A DNA stretch of 62,762 nucleotides, filler included, from Choristocarpus tenellus KU-1152 (lineage: Eukaryota > Protista > Phaeophyceae): assembly GCA_964200185.2 (NCBI GenBank). It is 7 parts of 7 records of this genome, joined end to end, with 100 filler letters (N's around TTAATTAATTAA, not from the genome) between each part and the next. Parts side by side here need not be neighbours in the genome. Positions count along the whole stretch, not along the records: positions 45,122 to 51,807 come from CAXNAD020007564.1; positions 51,908 to 62,762 come from CAXNAD020002664.1; 5 more parts are not named here. One strand, 5' to 3'. Positions 49,640 to 62,762 of the stretch are shown one piece after another (position 1 is the stretch's first letter; the number at the start of each line of letters is the position of its first letter). The notes under the pieces were generated by a model that did not search any database, had not been told where the DNA came from, and worked only from the letters and a program-made list of their open reading frames with translations. Both the position numbers and the translations under genes were made by a program.

Positions 49640-50569
49640 TTTGATCAGGACATGAACATTCGTGAATACAAACCTTCGAAAGCTCTTGTCATGCCCTTTC
49701 ATTTTATATATATTGTTGTATATCTTTGGTGTGTGCATATTTAAAAAAAATCAAGATTGCCGTAGAGGACGAAGCTACTGATACCACCTTAGTGTCAGAA
49801 TTGCATCTGGAAATGACAATTAATTCACTTCACATACCACAACACCAAACACCCAATGATGTGTTTGTATGAAATTCGTGAGAGTTAATAAAAAATATAG
49901 TAGAAATATCAATATATATATATTGTATGTAGTTAGGTGCTATATTACCATACCAGTAGTATAGAATACAAGATACAATTTAGGTGAATTTGTGAATAGA
50001 GACATGGGTATGACATGACCACACAGTGTCCAAAAAGTATTACGTGGCTGACCGTTCACAAATATTCTAACATGACCCAAGTCCATGGTAGTAAATGCTC
50101 ATGACTGGGATGACTGGGACCACCAGGTGACCATGTACAAACAAGTTTGAACAAGACAAGTCCCTGCCCATCGATCACTTCAAGATGGCTTCGAAAACCT
50201 CGTAAGGATATGAATATGGTAACTGCGCAGACTGGTAAAAAGCCTAATTATTTTCTATTTTCTATTTGTTTCTGAGTATATAAATTTGATATCAATACAT
50301 CCCCAAATTGCACCAAGAATTTCATATTAAATAAGTTCGACAAGTATATGCCTCCTCACGTTTTATTGCACATAGTATGGATATGTTCTTCATGATTTCA
50401 AACGAAGAAAAGCCGAGTTGATTAGAAAGAGTGCCAGCTTTTTCCACTTCCAATATAAACTTCAACATTTTACACATATTTTTCATTTTTTCATGGAGTG
50501 ACCCAACAAATTCGTCAGTTGGAAGAAGAGTACAACACGTGGTGGTGGACATGGTCTAGATGCCAGAAA

Positions 50570-50932
50570 AAAGTTAGACTGACGACCAGACATGGTTCAG
50601 ACATGTCCGAGAATGTTAGACCCTATCTGGGTTGTGGATACGAATGGGCACAATATCTGGTTAGTGACATAGTCTGAACGAAGGTTAGACCCAGTTTGGG
50701 CAGCAGACATGGACAGTTACAATACCCAGTGGGCGCGTTAGAGAAATGTTAGACCCAGTTTGACTGGCGGACATGGAATGGTTCAATACTTAGTGGACAA
50801 GGACTGGAACATGTCAGATAATTGTTGGGCTAGTCCGGGTTACGGGCATTACCATTTTTGATTGCCCTTGCAGTAAAACTCCCTGGTCTTTTCCCTCCCC
50901 ACACATCTGCGAAATGTCAAAGGGCACATAAT
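50570..50932. repeat. Degenerate ~65-70-bp tandem repeat (GTTAGACCCAG...GACATGG) followed by a diverged copy of the hairpin-ended terminus
   Basis: GTTAGAC at ~50573, 50615, 50684 and 50748; ACACATCTGCGAAATGTCAAAGGGCA at 50901-50926. Confidence 0.55.
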
Positions 50933-51022
50933 ACAATATACTCCAAGTAGTATATAGATAATCCAATTCCCGAATATTTTGCAGTTGATGATCCGCTGAG
51001 TTTTATCATTATGTGTCGCAAT

Positions 51023-51204
51023 TTTGTCTGGGAACTATCCTGATCAGCACACACAACGTAAGTGTATCATTAGTTATTCGACATTGTTAGAGGCACTGGC
51101 ACTTTAGTCTGGGAACTATCCTAACCTGTTGCAGAGGCACTGCCAAGCTGTACCATTTGTTGTCCTTTAGTCTGGGGATTATCCTGACCCGTTGCCAGAG
51201 GCAC
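51023..51204 (+). repeat. Imperfect tandem repeat x3 (GTCTGGGAACTATCCT...AGAGGCACT)
   Basis: Motif recurs at ~51026, 51107 and 51170. Confidence 0.7.
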
Positions 51205-51620
51205 TACACACTACAATACTTCTCATACAAACTCAACAACTGGCTGTCTTCAAATGGTGTATAAGGTTCGCTCACCTTGAATAAACCTTATTTCCCCTTT
51301 TCCATAATACATTTCTTGATTATCTCTTTCATTAACTTTCAGTGTTGTGGATACTAGATATTTATCAGACCATACGCCATTGTACCCAAGAAAATATTTT
51401 CAAACAGCATTTTTTGTTGTTGTATTGTTGTTGTTGATATATCAACAGCATGCTTGATTTTTCTTACGTCTAATTTTGGGGTGATAAGGCATTCTTTTAT
51501 GTAGGTGCAATGTTGGATTAATTTTATTTTCAATCTATTTTTTGGAAGAAAATCGACCACTACAAAAAATGTGTGACAAAAGCGATCAAATTACATTATC
51601 GTGTGAGAGCCACATTCCAC

Positions 51621-51699
51621 AGAAGGTATACCCTGAAGGTTGCCTATCTTGAACATCATGTAGAAGGTATACCCTGAAGGTGGCCTATCTTGAACATCA
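51621..51699 (+). repeat. 41-bp tandem duplication
   Basis: AGAAGGTATACCCTGAAGGT[T/G]GCCTATCTTGAACATCA occurs twice. Confidence 0.85.
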
Positions 51700-51807
51700 G
51701 GATATTCATGTTACTTTTGTTTTTGTATGTTGAAGATAACATCTGCTTGAAGTAAGATTGGGTGATTTGGAGTGCTCTCCAAATCTCCCTATCCTTCACT
51801 CTTCCTG

Positions 51808-51907
51808 NNNNNNNNNNNNNNNNNNNNNNNNNNNNNNNNNNNNNNNNNNNNTTAATTAATTAANNNNNNNNNNNNNNNNNNNNNNNNNNNNNNNNNNNNN
51901 NNNNNNN
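51808..51907. other. Artificial contig linker
   Basis: N44-TTAATTAATTAA-N44. Confidence 0.97.
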
Positions 51908-51970
51908 ACCATTTTCGGTCAAACCCATCCTCCATAGTATGCTCCATCCTCAATTTTGGTGAGAGGCTGT

Positions 51971-52047
51971 TTTAGGGCTTATACTGACATATGTATAGTT
52001 TCATTTGTTTCCCCACTGACACATTTGTAAAATGTCAGAGAGCATAA
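51971..52047 (-). mobile_element. Dispersed ~78-bp hairpin-ended repeat (Helentron/DINE-1-like terminus)
   Basis: Reverse complement of 15780-15857 with a few substitutions and small indels. Confidence 0.55.
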
Positions 52048-52213
52048 TATTTATAAATATAGGTGTTTTGTTTTGTATACCTAATGACATTCTTCGAAAC
52101 ACCTAATGAAATGTTAGTTTAAGTAATGGACTCTAGTTGTATTGTTGAGGTGGAGAAGTTATCAATTCCTGTCTTGTTCGTGAACGAAGAACCCTAAGTC
52201 GGTAAACCCAAAT

Positions 52214-53074
52214 ATGAACCAAGCTTCAAACACTGTTCAAAACCAACCTGACAAACTTGGCCAGCGTCCAGTATATTCCTTGAGTAATGTCCCAAGCGCA
52301 TGTGTTACAAGACCAGACCAACCAGAACAAGTGCAATTGCCTTCTCTGGCACCCTTCTCGGATAACATTGGAGGTGAAGGAATAGAGGGAGGGCAAGTTG
52401 GTGATGGGAGAGTCAAAGTCAAGGAAAAGATGAAGGAAAAAGGAAAGGGTTATACAGATGAGATGAACGACAGCAGGTCTTGCAACACACAGAATGCAGA
52501 TGGGGTCACGTTGAACAAGATCGAGACCATAGACAAGGACAGTTCAAGTAGGGAGAAGGAACGGGAAAGAGGTCGACTTCGAAGAGCTCACATGTAAGTT
52601 CTTGTCTACACAGGGATTCGGGTTGGATCATGCATCCTTTGTCATTATGGTGCCGGTGGTCTAGTGCTGTCGGTTTTCACGGTTTTGAGGTAATTTCCGT
52701 CTCGTCACAGGTCTCCGGAAGCAAGAGAGAGAGAGAGGCTACGATCCAGAGCAAAGCGTGCATCTATGGGCATTAAGGCCCGAGAACGAGAACGAGAGAG
52801 GGGTAGAAGGCGACGAGCGAACATGTCTGAGGCTCAACGACAGAAAGAGCGAGAGAGAGGCAAACTGCGGAGGGCCAATCAAGGCATGTGATTTAGCGAG
52901 TCTACTTGTCCAGTTGTTTTCTTTGCGCCCTCTCCAACCTTACTAATCTCTTATCTACAGATAAAGAAGCTAGAGAAAAAGAACGCGAGCGTTCTCGGAA
53001 GAAGAGAGCCCTAATGAGCGATGAGCAGCGAGAGCGTGAACGTGAGCGGTCCAAGAGGAAGAGAGCGGTGCAAG
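52214..53074 (+). CDS. Uncharacterised protein with six tandem 19-aa Arg/Glu-rich repeats (STPR-like); first three exons
   Basis: Exons 52214-52593 (donor GTAAGT), 52711-52883 (GC donor AAG|GCATGT) and 52961-53074 (branch TACTAAT, acceptor TACAG, donor GTGAGT) splice in frame and keep the 19-aa register. Confidence 0.72.
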
Positions 53075-56000
53075 GTGAGTGCTGTACTTTTCTTGATACC
53101 CGTGCTTGAGGTTATATGATAGACAAATTTCTGCGCATAGAGAAATTTTAGGGGGTGTGCTTCTTTGTTGCGAATATGTGTGGGTTTGGTTTGTGTTCAT
53201 GTCTAATTTCAATCTGAAATCCCCTCTCTTTTGGATATCTTGCGCAACCTTTTACGGAGGCAGCGTTTGATAGGTGTGCTTGTGCATGACCAAAATTGGG
53301 TTTGCGGACAAGTGATACATGAACCGCTAAAAGGGAATGTGCACTCTACTGGGCATGAAGTGCGACTAGGAATTCGAGGTTGTGTTTGTTTCATTTTATC
53401 TTGTACAACTCGTCCATCTATTATCCCAACATACTTGTTTGAAGTGCTCAAACAGATATTCTCCTACACATTGAGCTAGTGTTTGATATGTATCTCTAAT
53501 CTTGAAGTAAACACTACTGGAAGTGCAAAAACTATATACATAGTGTGAGTAGTAAGGCACTTGCAGACCCAGATGATTTTTTATCTTTTTTAAATTGTGC
53601 TAACAGTTGATAACAGTGCTCGCTCATCAAATAGGAACAGCAAGAACGTGACTGTGTTTCAATTTGTGGTCAACAGTTTGAAACCAAGCATAAGGTCAAG
53701 GTCACAAAGTGGAAGTTTGATTCTTCTTTCATCAGCATGAATTGTCCCAACCTTAGGAACCAGACACATTTTTGGTATCATGTAATGGTAACATATATGC
53801 ACAGTTAAAGGAGAGTTCTGTAAATATCTGTGCAATTTTTTTTCAAGTAGTAGCTTTTTTTCCAGGCTAGACAATCTGGTTGCACTTCCTTAGGGAGCAA
53901 CAGGATATGGAAGGTGCAAAATGGTTGCAATATCTGGTGCACATCTTGCTCAGGTTGTTTTTAATGAGTGAAAAAAAAGAACATTACCAAATAATAATAA
54001 GTTAACTGTTTTTCGAGTCTATTGTAATTACAATGTATAACCTCCAAATTTCCTTCCAATGATGTGACCATTGCCATGTGCTTGTCATATTGCTTCAGCC
54101 CACAGAGAGCAATCTTGGGTGCTCTTTCCAGTCAAATAGTAGATGAGTGCGTATGTCTAAATAAGGGCAACTTCATATTAACTGATAAGCTCAGTTAAAA
54201 GAAAAAACTGTGAAAATCCCATGTGATAAAAAATAGTCTAGTAAGTGGTACTACTAAAAAGATTAATGTTCACAAGTTCAGGTTCACAATTTCCTTTCTT
54301 TTAGTCACAAGGCTGGTTACCACTAATTTATGGATGAATTGATATGAGCTTCCTCAGTTTATACCTGAGAACCCCCATGTAATAACGCATCTTTTGGAAG
54401 AACTGCCAACACTGACATTTTAGTGATAAATGGTATACAGAGACGGAGAACAACCAGTATACTACAGACAACTAAGAAAGTATCATATCATCTACTTTGA
54501 GGGGTTGATTTTAGGCAAGTAAAGGCCTGGTTGCACTCCAGGATCAGCACTGAACTGGGTCTGCAGTAATCTACATTTTTTTAATATCCTGATAAGACAA
54601 ATTGGTTTTAAATATGTTTTGAACAGTCAGCTTTGGATAGCAAGTAACATGAAATTCAATCACATCATGGTATCAGTCAAAATCAACCAAGTTAATTGTA
54701 CATTTTAACACCCTGCACTACACTGTGAAGAGTCCTAAGTCAACTGGATACCAGAATTTGATAATGCTCCCCAAAACCTCCAATATGATTTAGCTATGAT
54801 TAACATGTGAAATGAAAAGTATCAAATCAATCTTTAGGGGCATCCCCACAACTAGCCATTATAGACCTGCATTGGATAGTAAAGTTCAATTCCTACCGGG
54901 ATTCAAGCCATAGGTGGTATATATTTTTCTGTGCCATTTGGTTGAATTAGATCCCTGCGCACAAGCACATTTTATGTGCATAGTTTTCACCCTGGTTGAA
55001 AAACCTTTTGAAAAAATCTTAGTTTTCTACTTTTGACCAGAAAAACTTCCGGAATTTTTTCCTTGTTGGTCTTTGTATTCACAAAAACGAAATTAGGCTC
55101 ACTGGGGCAAAGGCTGTGAGTGGTGTGTGCTATCACGACATCTCCCTGGTTGTGCCAAAACTTGACTGATTTGGTTCACTTCCATTTTTGACACCTTTCA
55201 AAAAACTTTTTCTCTTCAAAACGGTTTAATTTCGTAACTAGCCCTATCTGATGGCACCAGTCTGTAGCCAAGTAGATTATCTTGAAGGTTGATGAACAGT
55301 CTTGTTACTGTGTGTTGGAAGGCAGCACTTTCACCTATGACATTATGTCAAAGGAGTTAACAATTATTCTGTACTCCATACCCCAACATGTATGCATATA
55401 GAGTGCAGATGTTCTGGATGTTTGGTCCACAACTTCTTGCCCCAGTGGCACCATGGAATCTCAATATTTGAAAGATTCAGAATTTGTGAGTTTAAATACC
55501 AGTGTGACTGCTTTTGTGCCTCTCTTGATAGGTGAGAAGTGAAGGACTCTCTAGAGTAGAAGGTAAATTAATGGCAATGTTGGCATGGCCACAGAGCGTG
55601 AATGGAAAACATGAAGATCAAAATAATTGCTCAGGGAGCAGGCAACTGTGAGATGATGACGCCATGGACGAGAACCAGGGTAGCACCCTGGCAACTAATT
55701 TTGTCAAAATACTGAGATATTCTATCATGAGGGTAGTCAGTTGCACGGCTGACTGTCCTGGTGATCCAACTGTATCTAAATAGTTACCATTTCTTTGTTT
55801 GACAGTATTCACATACTCACTGCCATTTTGTTTGATATGCAAAATAGCTGTGCTTGGTATGTGGTGGTCAGGGTTTTCCTAAGAGCTAATTATTACTAAT
55901 GTTAGGATTGAAATTTTGTTGCCAGTAGCAAAGTTTTAGCTAGATTGTGGAGCCTACACCAGACTGGGTATCTCTGAAGGGGTTGGACCGTTAGCCAGCA

Positions 56001-56892
56001 CTGTACAGTACGTTTTCTTACAGGGTCAGTCCAGGATTTTTTTATATTTTTTACATGACCGTTGGCTGGCTGGCAATGGTTGAGTTACATTGTCAATGCC
56101 ACATTACCCTGTTAGCACCCAGTTGAACTCATTTTGGTGGTAAAAATGTGTATGACTGGAGGGTATTATAAGAGTCATGGTTACTGTCCTTATTTTCAAC
56201 ATCTACACTTCAGTCTGGGACTAGGAACCTAGACTTTCAATGCCTGTGGTGGTGTTAAGAATTGTAGAAGCCGAAATGAAATATTTTGCATCTACACTAC
56301 CAAAAACTAAGGCAACACAAAAATAGGGTTGATGTTTCAGCACAGGCAGACCTCAGCAAAATATGCTTCAAGTCAACCGTTAGCTTTGATGACATGCTTC
56401 TATAACCACAAAAGAGACAACAAGATAGTAAACTGTTTGTGATTGCCACATTTCTTGAGTATTGAAACACAGTAAGATTATGGTCTTTGGGTAATCTAGT
56501 TTTGACTTGATCTAAGGCTCAGGTTTGCCCCTGTTTTTGTCTGGTGCTCCACTTGATTGATGCGTTATATCTTTTTTACATGGCACAGGTCATCTAGAAT
56601 GCCCTGTTTTGTACAGTTTGAGTCATTGAAGGACTATGTGACCATTTTAATGAGTAACAGTAACATTCGTTGTAGATGGAAATGCCTTCCTTTTGCAACG
56701 ATAGTGAAGCACTTAGATTGGAGAGTAGGGAATGGAATGAATTATGGATAGATACCATCAAGCACAATCAAAGAACTGTCTCCTGCATTTTGTCATCTTG
56801 AATGCTCTTCTTGTGCCTGCAATGATTAGTGAACCGCATACAACCTGTGTGACAATTTAGCACTTCTTTGGTACTTTTTCTTGACTGGCAAG

Positions 56893-57260
56893 GGGTGGCA
56901 AGGGAACAAGATGGTGGAAAGTCCAAGCGAAAACGTGGTGCTTTTGAATCCAGTGACGGTACTGTTGCGTCTCCATCTGTGGTGATGACCCAGGTTGTGC
57001 CTCCAACTCCTCTTCAAACTGCATTTCTGCCTCCGCTGGTTCCACAAGAAGCATCAATGCTTTTACATGCACACCCAGGAGCATCACAAGGAGAAGATGG
57101 ATCTGACTCAGGAACTCCAGGAATTGTACAGACCAACATCTCAAGTGAGGGCACAGAGATAGAGACCACCAATGTTGCACTCCCACCACCCGCTGAGTCA
57201 AGACATCATGGGGAAGCAGTGGGCATTAGTGGGATTCCTGGCGGAGGAATTCATCTTTGA
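56893..57260 (+). CDS. Probable terminal exon (low complexity, KSKRKR NLS-like), possibly of the 19-aa repeat gene
   Basis: Pyrimidine tract plus AAG acceptor in phase 1, compatible with the donor at 53074. Open for 122 codons and GC-richer than the surrounding DNA. Confidence 0.45.
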
Positions 57261-58720
57261 CATACAATGGATCATATGGTGTGGAACAAGAGGAGAGTTG
57301 TGTCCAGGTGTTGCCATGATAACCTTGGGTGTGCTTTTTTGTCTATCTAGTAGGCTAGGGTTTGGACCGCATACTCTGTGTGAGTGGACATCACCATGCA
57401 TCAGGGAGTGGATAGAGGAAGAGTAGGCTTGGTTCTATCATTGACCAAACATAGACCAGGTGTTCTTGATGGACTAATGCCTTCAAGGCGCCAGAGCTGG
57501 CAAGGCAAAAACCTAGATCACCTGTCCTGCCTGTTATCCCTGTGAAGTATTGTGAAACCATTATACAGCCTCTGTGTGTATACCTAGAATAAACTGTGCA
57601 CCTCGCAGTGACTTAAGGGCTTGGGGATTGCACTGTTATTGGTGGTTAATGCTCGTCAAGTACAAAGAACTGAACTCTTGTGTCATTTTGTTGTGATTTC
57701 ATATCCTTACCATGGTGGGTGCATGTACATTCAGTATTCAAACCCTTAGCATACAGTGTGCCACCTTGCACACTTATGCAGTTACGACATGTTCTACAAG
57801 AACTGAATATCGAGTGTGGGAAGAGACCCTCCAAGTCCTTTTTTTTCATGTTAAATTAATCCCACTTGTATCCAGGCATCTGTTTATTGTAAGGACTAAT
57901 TTCAGGCTATATACTATCCTGAGGTACACCTGTCTCAGAACAACAAATGGCGTGGGAGTAACTCATTCAAGCAGCAACTGCTGCAACCAGAAAGGAGCTT
58001 GATATAAGAGAGTATGTGCTATTTGCAGATCCGTTTAAGGCCTGGAATACCTTCTTATTCTGGTATATTTGATACTCAATATGTGATTCCCCTTCTAAAC
58101 AACAGTAGCATACAAAGTTTGATGTCACAATTGTAATTTGAAAGTATGGTAGTGCAAACATAATGCCCAAAAGTAACAAAAGGGGGGTGCGGTTGAGTGG
58201 TAAGGGCTCTGCTGGATTTGAGGTGACACATGTTTTTGGGGCACTTAGTCCACAGCAGCAGGGTGTGTTTTGGTTGTCTTATGAGTGCATTCAGTTGGCA
58301 GAAGTTGTCCTTATCTGTACCCTTTTTCACATGCCTTACCTTCAAAAATTGAGAAAATCCTTAAAACTCGTAGTGACCTCAACCCTCCGTTACTTGGACT
58401 CTAAGAAAGACTTTCAATTGTTGATGGAAGTAAGGAGAGGTAATGATATGTAAACATTCATGAGACCTTTTCATGTTTTGAAATATTACTTGCAGACAGT
58501 GTCCTCCCTCCTCTACTGGTTTCTAGCAATACTGCAATTGTAGGTAGCAGGTGTGAACCATACCCACACCATACTCACAGAAGGGCCATGTTTTTCCAGT
58601 ACATAAACCTCTGATCCTTCTACCTCAATCATTCATAAATTCTGTCAAAGTATAAGCAACAAGGTGTTTTGACCAGATGGCGAGTGGCACAATACCATGC
58701 AATTTCTTGCATCTCATGTT

Positions 58721-58970
58721 GAGTGAAAGTATCTTAGAGGGTATGAGTTTTTCCCTGTTTGTCCGTTGGGGGCTTGCTTGGCTTCCCGTAGGGTTTTTTA
58801 TAACATTTTACCTACTCCAAAATGCTTTGGATTAGGTAAAATGTATACGTTATGAAAAGGTGTGTCCAGAACAAGGATATTGACACTTGCAAACAAACAC
58901 GATATCCAAAATTACATCAGATTTTGGTCCCCAAATGCACATGGCTCTACCCTCTAAGATATTTTGACTT
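58721..58970 (-). mobile_element. MITE, subfamily A copy
   Basis: GAGTGAAAGTATCTTAGAGGGTA...TACCCTCTAAGATATTTTGACT; (T)GTT on both flanks. Confidence 0.87.
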
Positions 58971-61579
58971 GTTGATCTTCTGTAGCTGTAGACACATAAC
59001 CACAACTGTTTTTTCCATATTACACTATAAGTGAAACATACCTAGCAGCTTTAACCAACCCACTATCCCAAGTGCTCTATAAGTGCATGTTTTAGGTGTG
59101 TCAGTCCACTGGACTGGTTGTTTGCCCTAAAAGTGATGCCAACCTGACTGAGGTACGCATTTTCATACAAAGATATAAAATACCTCTAAATTGCTGTGGA
59201 TATTTATGCACCATGTCTTACAATAATGTTACTATTTGTTTTACATGTTTAATATTGGTGTTGGGCTAAAATTCCAAGTATGTAGATACAAAGTGTGTCC
59301 ACCTTGAACATCTTGATACACAGGGAAAAAACCTCATGTTTCCCATGTACTTCAAAGCATACGGTCTGCATACCATATATACACATAAAACATGTGTTGT
59401 GCAGGTTTTGTTCATCAAGCAGTCCGTCAGGTGGCAGGGAACACAAAAGGAGTGTGTATGGTGGTTGCAGTGTGTTTTTGTCCAGACTGCAGTAGATGAG
59501 GTGGATATTGAAAAATGGTGTAAAACGGTGGGACAGATATCAGCTATCTCTAGTGAGTATGTTGTGACCAATGTTAAAGAATCAAAGAAAATCTCAATTT
59601 TGAGCTTTTAATCTATATACTCAATTATAGTGGTCAAATATTCTAGAATTGGATCTTTAAGATGCTATAGGTCATGATATTCTAGTGGTAAGTTGCTGAG
59701 GTCCATAAAATCGTTTTGTACCACTTGTCAAGAACAGAGCTGTTTCTGTTCAAGAGTTTATGTGCCAATATATCCATACCATGTGCTGTATATTACTTTA
59801 ATATATACATAGTACATGTTCATTTCAAGCAAATGAGTTAGAACTCTTGAATGTGTTAAGGTCTTGAATATGGGGTTGAAAATCACTCATAGGTGCATCT
59901 GAATTTGAATTAATGATGCCAGCTACATTTTCCCGCTTTTGATCTCATACGGAACATAATAATTGCCCATGGGAAGATTATAGAACTATAGTTTAGAACA
60001 GAATAACATATTTGGGAGGATATTACTACATAGTAAACCTTTTACTAGATGAACTCTCTGTGGCTACCATGCAAGGTGGCATATTATTGTTATCGTTGTT
60101 ATTGCATCACATTTGTCAAGGATGGTCATGACCTGTGGTCAGAGGCACTACACATTGCACTACTTCTCATATTAACTACCTATTTATCCTATAACTGTTG
60201 TTGCACTATGACTAAGTGTGCTGTCTTCATTCCTACTTTGCTTCTCGCGCATTGGGTTTGGCACCGCCGCCCCTTGTCACTCCATCTCCTCCCTCATATC
60301 TTCTGCTGGACCAGCCCCGAGGTTGCCACCTTGATCTTGGTCCAGCATTAGCACAGACAGGATCATACAGGAGTGCGATCTGTTGCGCTTGGCACATGGA
60401 ATACCAACATTGAAACAGATTCCTCAAAAAGAAACCTAGCACTGAAGGGGTTCAAATCCACAGCAGCCTTAACCACTGAGCCATGAGGATACCCACTAAT
60501 CAACTTCAAAATCAACTGCTGATCAATCTCCATATCACTGTAGAACCCTATCAACTTATCCATGATCCTCCAGTCAACTAGAAGATAAAGCTAAGCCCAT
60601 AGTCACGATTGTTTTGTTTGGCACTGCAGTGAAACTGTGGTTGGAAGATTGGGGTCATTTGAAGGTTGCACTCAGTTGGTTTCACACAAGGAAAGCAATT
60701 ATTATCATTGCTTGATTTGGAAAAAAATTGTGTCAAGCGAGCCATACATATAGGGTAGATACACTATAGCAATCCTCTCAGACCAGCAGAAAGTCAACAG
60801 GGTGGGTTTTGTCATCAGTCACACGCACAGTGAGGGGGTGAAGTGGGGTATTAGTGGACAACCTATAATTGCATTTGATCCTCTAGTGCAGTGTATCTCC
60901 TCATTCAAATCGTATTATTCATGATGCCTAGTAACATGTGAATGGAAAAATGCAGACCCTGCATAAAACCATTGTACATGTGATGTTTTAAGAACAGTGG
61001 TCAGAACTAGGGAAAATAGTGAGAACAGCAGACTTTTATCCCAGTGACATGCCTAGTATAAATAGTGTACAACATACTAGCTTGACTTAGTTTCCAGTTG
61101 TCATCAGGTGTGCGACCAAAGTTGATCCCAAGGTTTAATGGCTTCAGAGGATCATACAGAAAATCAAGTTAAAGTGCAAGTTTGAACTATCATATGAGTG
61201 GTGCAAATATCAAAGTTGGTGTTGACCACCTCTATCTGGTATATACAGAGTAGGGTCAAAACAGTATGGCTTTTGAAGGAGACCAACTGTACAACACATG
61301 CAACCTCTTCAGTAGATTGTTGAGTTTCACTGCACATGTAGAAGCAAAAACATGAAGCACTAACATGACACCAATTTTTTCCTCAACTTGTTTATGAAAA
61401 GTCTTGCAATCAGAAATTCAGTCCTCCAAGTACCCCAGCTTGTTTTAACAGACTACTGTGTAATGAGATTATGATGGTCCTTCGAGTTCTTCTTGTGTTT
61501 GGCATATCCTCACAATTATTTGACAATCATTGGATGTACCACATGCCAGACTATCCACACACTAGTGCTCCAAAAAATA

Positions 61580-62745
61580 TACTTGTTCCCTAGGCTCTTT
61601 TTCTTCATAACTATGGTTCGAGGATCGTGTCTTGATTATGAGAGACTTGACCTCCATCTCAGTGGGGAGGAAGCTGGAACTGGGTGGCTCTACTGAACAA
61701 TATCGTACAAAAAACACACATGCACCTGGCTCCCATTATCTGGGGTATGAGGAGAGGCACAAATTGTGTCCTACATAAAGATATTGACGTCACCCTGTTC
61801 CACAGAGGCACTAGTTCCATACACCACTACTATGCCACATGTTGCTTGCAGCCTTGACAAAACCTTTGGCTGTATCTTCATCTATTTCCTATTCCCTCAG
61901 GGCTTTCCTTTCTCTACCACCTTGTAGTGCTAGTATTTTTAATTTACCTTGAACCTCATGTCCATTTGGTCATTTGAAGGCACCCCATACTCTCCTGGAG
62001 AGCATCAAACACCATAATTCCACCTTCATTGTCAGAGCTCAAGCAGGTTCCCTCATCTAGTGTGGGTTATGATAACCTCAACAAGAAATAATTCAGGGAG
62101 ATGATGCCTTGACGACCAGCATTCATCAAATAGTTTGGGCCTTCACTTTGGTTATTCTTTTGTCCTGGTTCGTAACATTTGAGACTTACAAAGGTGAGGG
62201 CTATCTTCATTGGAGTTTGAGCAAAATAATAATTAATTCAGAATTGAACATAATATAAATTTTGCAAACTCCATTCTCACCTGGGAATGATCCAAGTGAT
62301 AAAACCTCTGGATGTGACTTAGTTCTCATATTGATTGGGAAGCACACAAAGTTTGAGATGATGGGCTGTCATCACTATGGAGGGAGGATCTTGTCAGTAC
62401 AAAGTCGACCAAGTCACATTTCACAGGGTTCAAAAACCTCATCAAACTGTCAAAGCAAGTGTTTATTGGGATGCCTAGGATGAACATCCCCCATTGTTTG
62501 AGCAGCTCGCTCATCCTGTTGTCACCCGTCAGTCTCAATTCTTTGACCCAGAAGTCTGTCTGAGGTCAGGATGCAAACATCCCAACAAAGAACAACATGG
62601 CACAATGCCTAGAGGTGAGAGGGCACAAGACTTAGATGGCTCAGGGGATGACAGCAGCCATCACGGAGGACTTTGGAATTTCCCAAATCACTGTGTTCCA
62701 TCATGTGAAGGAGTATGACAGTCAGGTCGCATGGTGTGAATGTAT
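61580..62745 (-). mobile_element. Degenerate hAT-family transposase relic
   Basis: Ordered broken motifs on the minus strand: FTPC (cf. WTPCAAH), KELRLTGD (cf. ELLRPGxTRW/F), VKAASNM...**..YGTSA (cf. WWxxYGxxAP with TGG>TAG) and SHPVPASS (cf. LSQPxSASxCER). Confidence 0.45.
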
Positions 62746-62762
62746 TGACCTTATACAACGTC

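Noticed and set aside
55532-55562. Possible 31-nt internal exon of the 19-aa repeat gene
   Set aside because: Splice sites are plausible, but its phase needs another unidentified exon; unsupported without RNA data.

Overview
This is eukaryotic, intron-rich DNA from a photosynthetic stramenopile, probably a brown alga or close relative (inferred from an ASAFAP-type Lhcr gene, kb-scale introns and TTAGGG repeats). It is not one locus: seven contigs (1-10767, 10868-16716, 16817-25964, 26065-33347, 33448-45021, 45122-51807, 51908-62762) are joined by artificial 100-bp N44-TTAATTAATTAA-N44 linkers, so adjacency across linkers means nothing. Almost all ORF-track entries are noise or single exons. 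Spliced genes rebuilt by hand: fibrillarin (with a GC-AG intron), the 3' end of a fructosamine-3-kinase-family gene, the 3' end of a selenoprotein thioredoxin reductase (GC-Sec-G, with a type II SECIS and AATAAA), one Rab-like GTPase exon, a complete Lhcr gene that needs a 6-nt microexon, the 3' half of RFC5, and an unrecognised protein with six 19-aa basic/acidic repeats. The rest is mostly transposon-derived: decayed chromovirus/Gypsy, LINE, pogo and hAT relics, an abundant MITE family with GA(G/C)TCAAAGTATCT termini, a Helentron/DINE-1-like hairpin terminus and a 1.3-kb foldback. CpG is strongly depleted except near gene 5' ends. I found no CRISPR array, rRNA or tRNA, and no convincing wholly new multi-gene system. 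The best leads are the 19-aa repeat gene, the microexon, the foldback, the MITE family and the CpG-island-like pattern.
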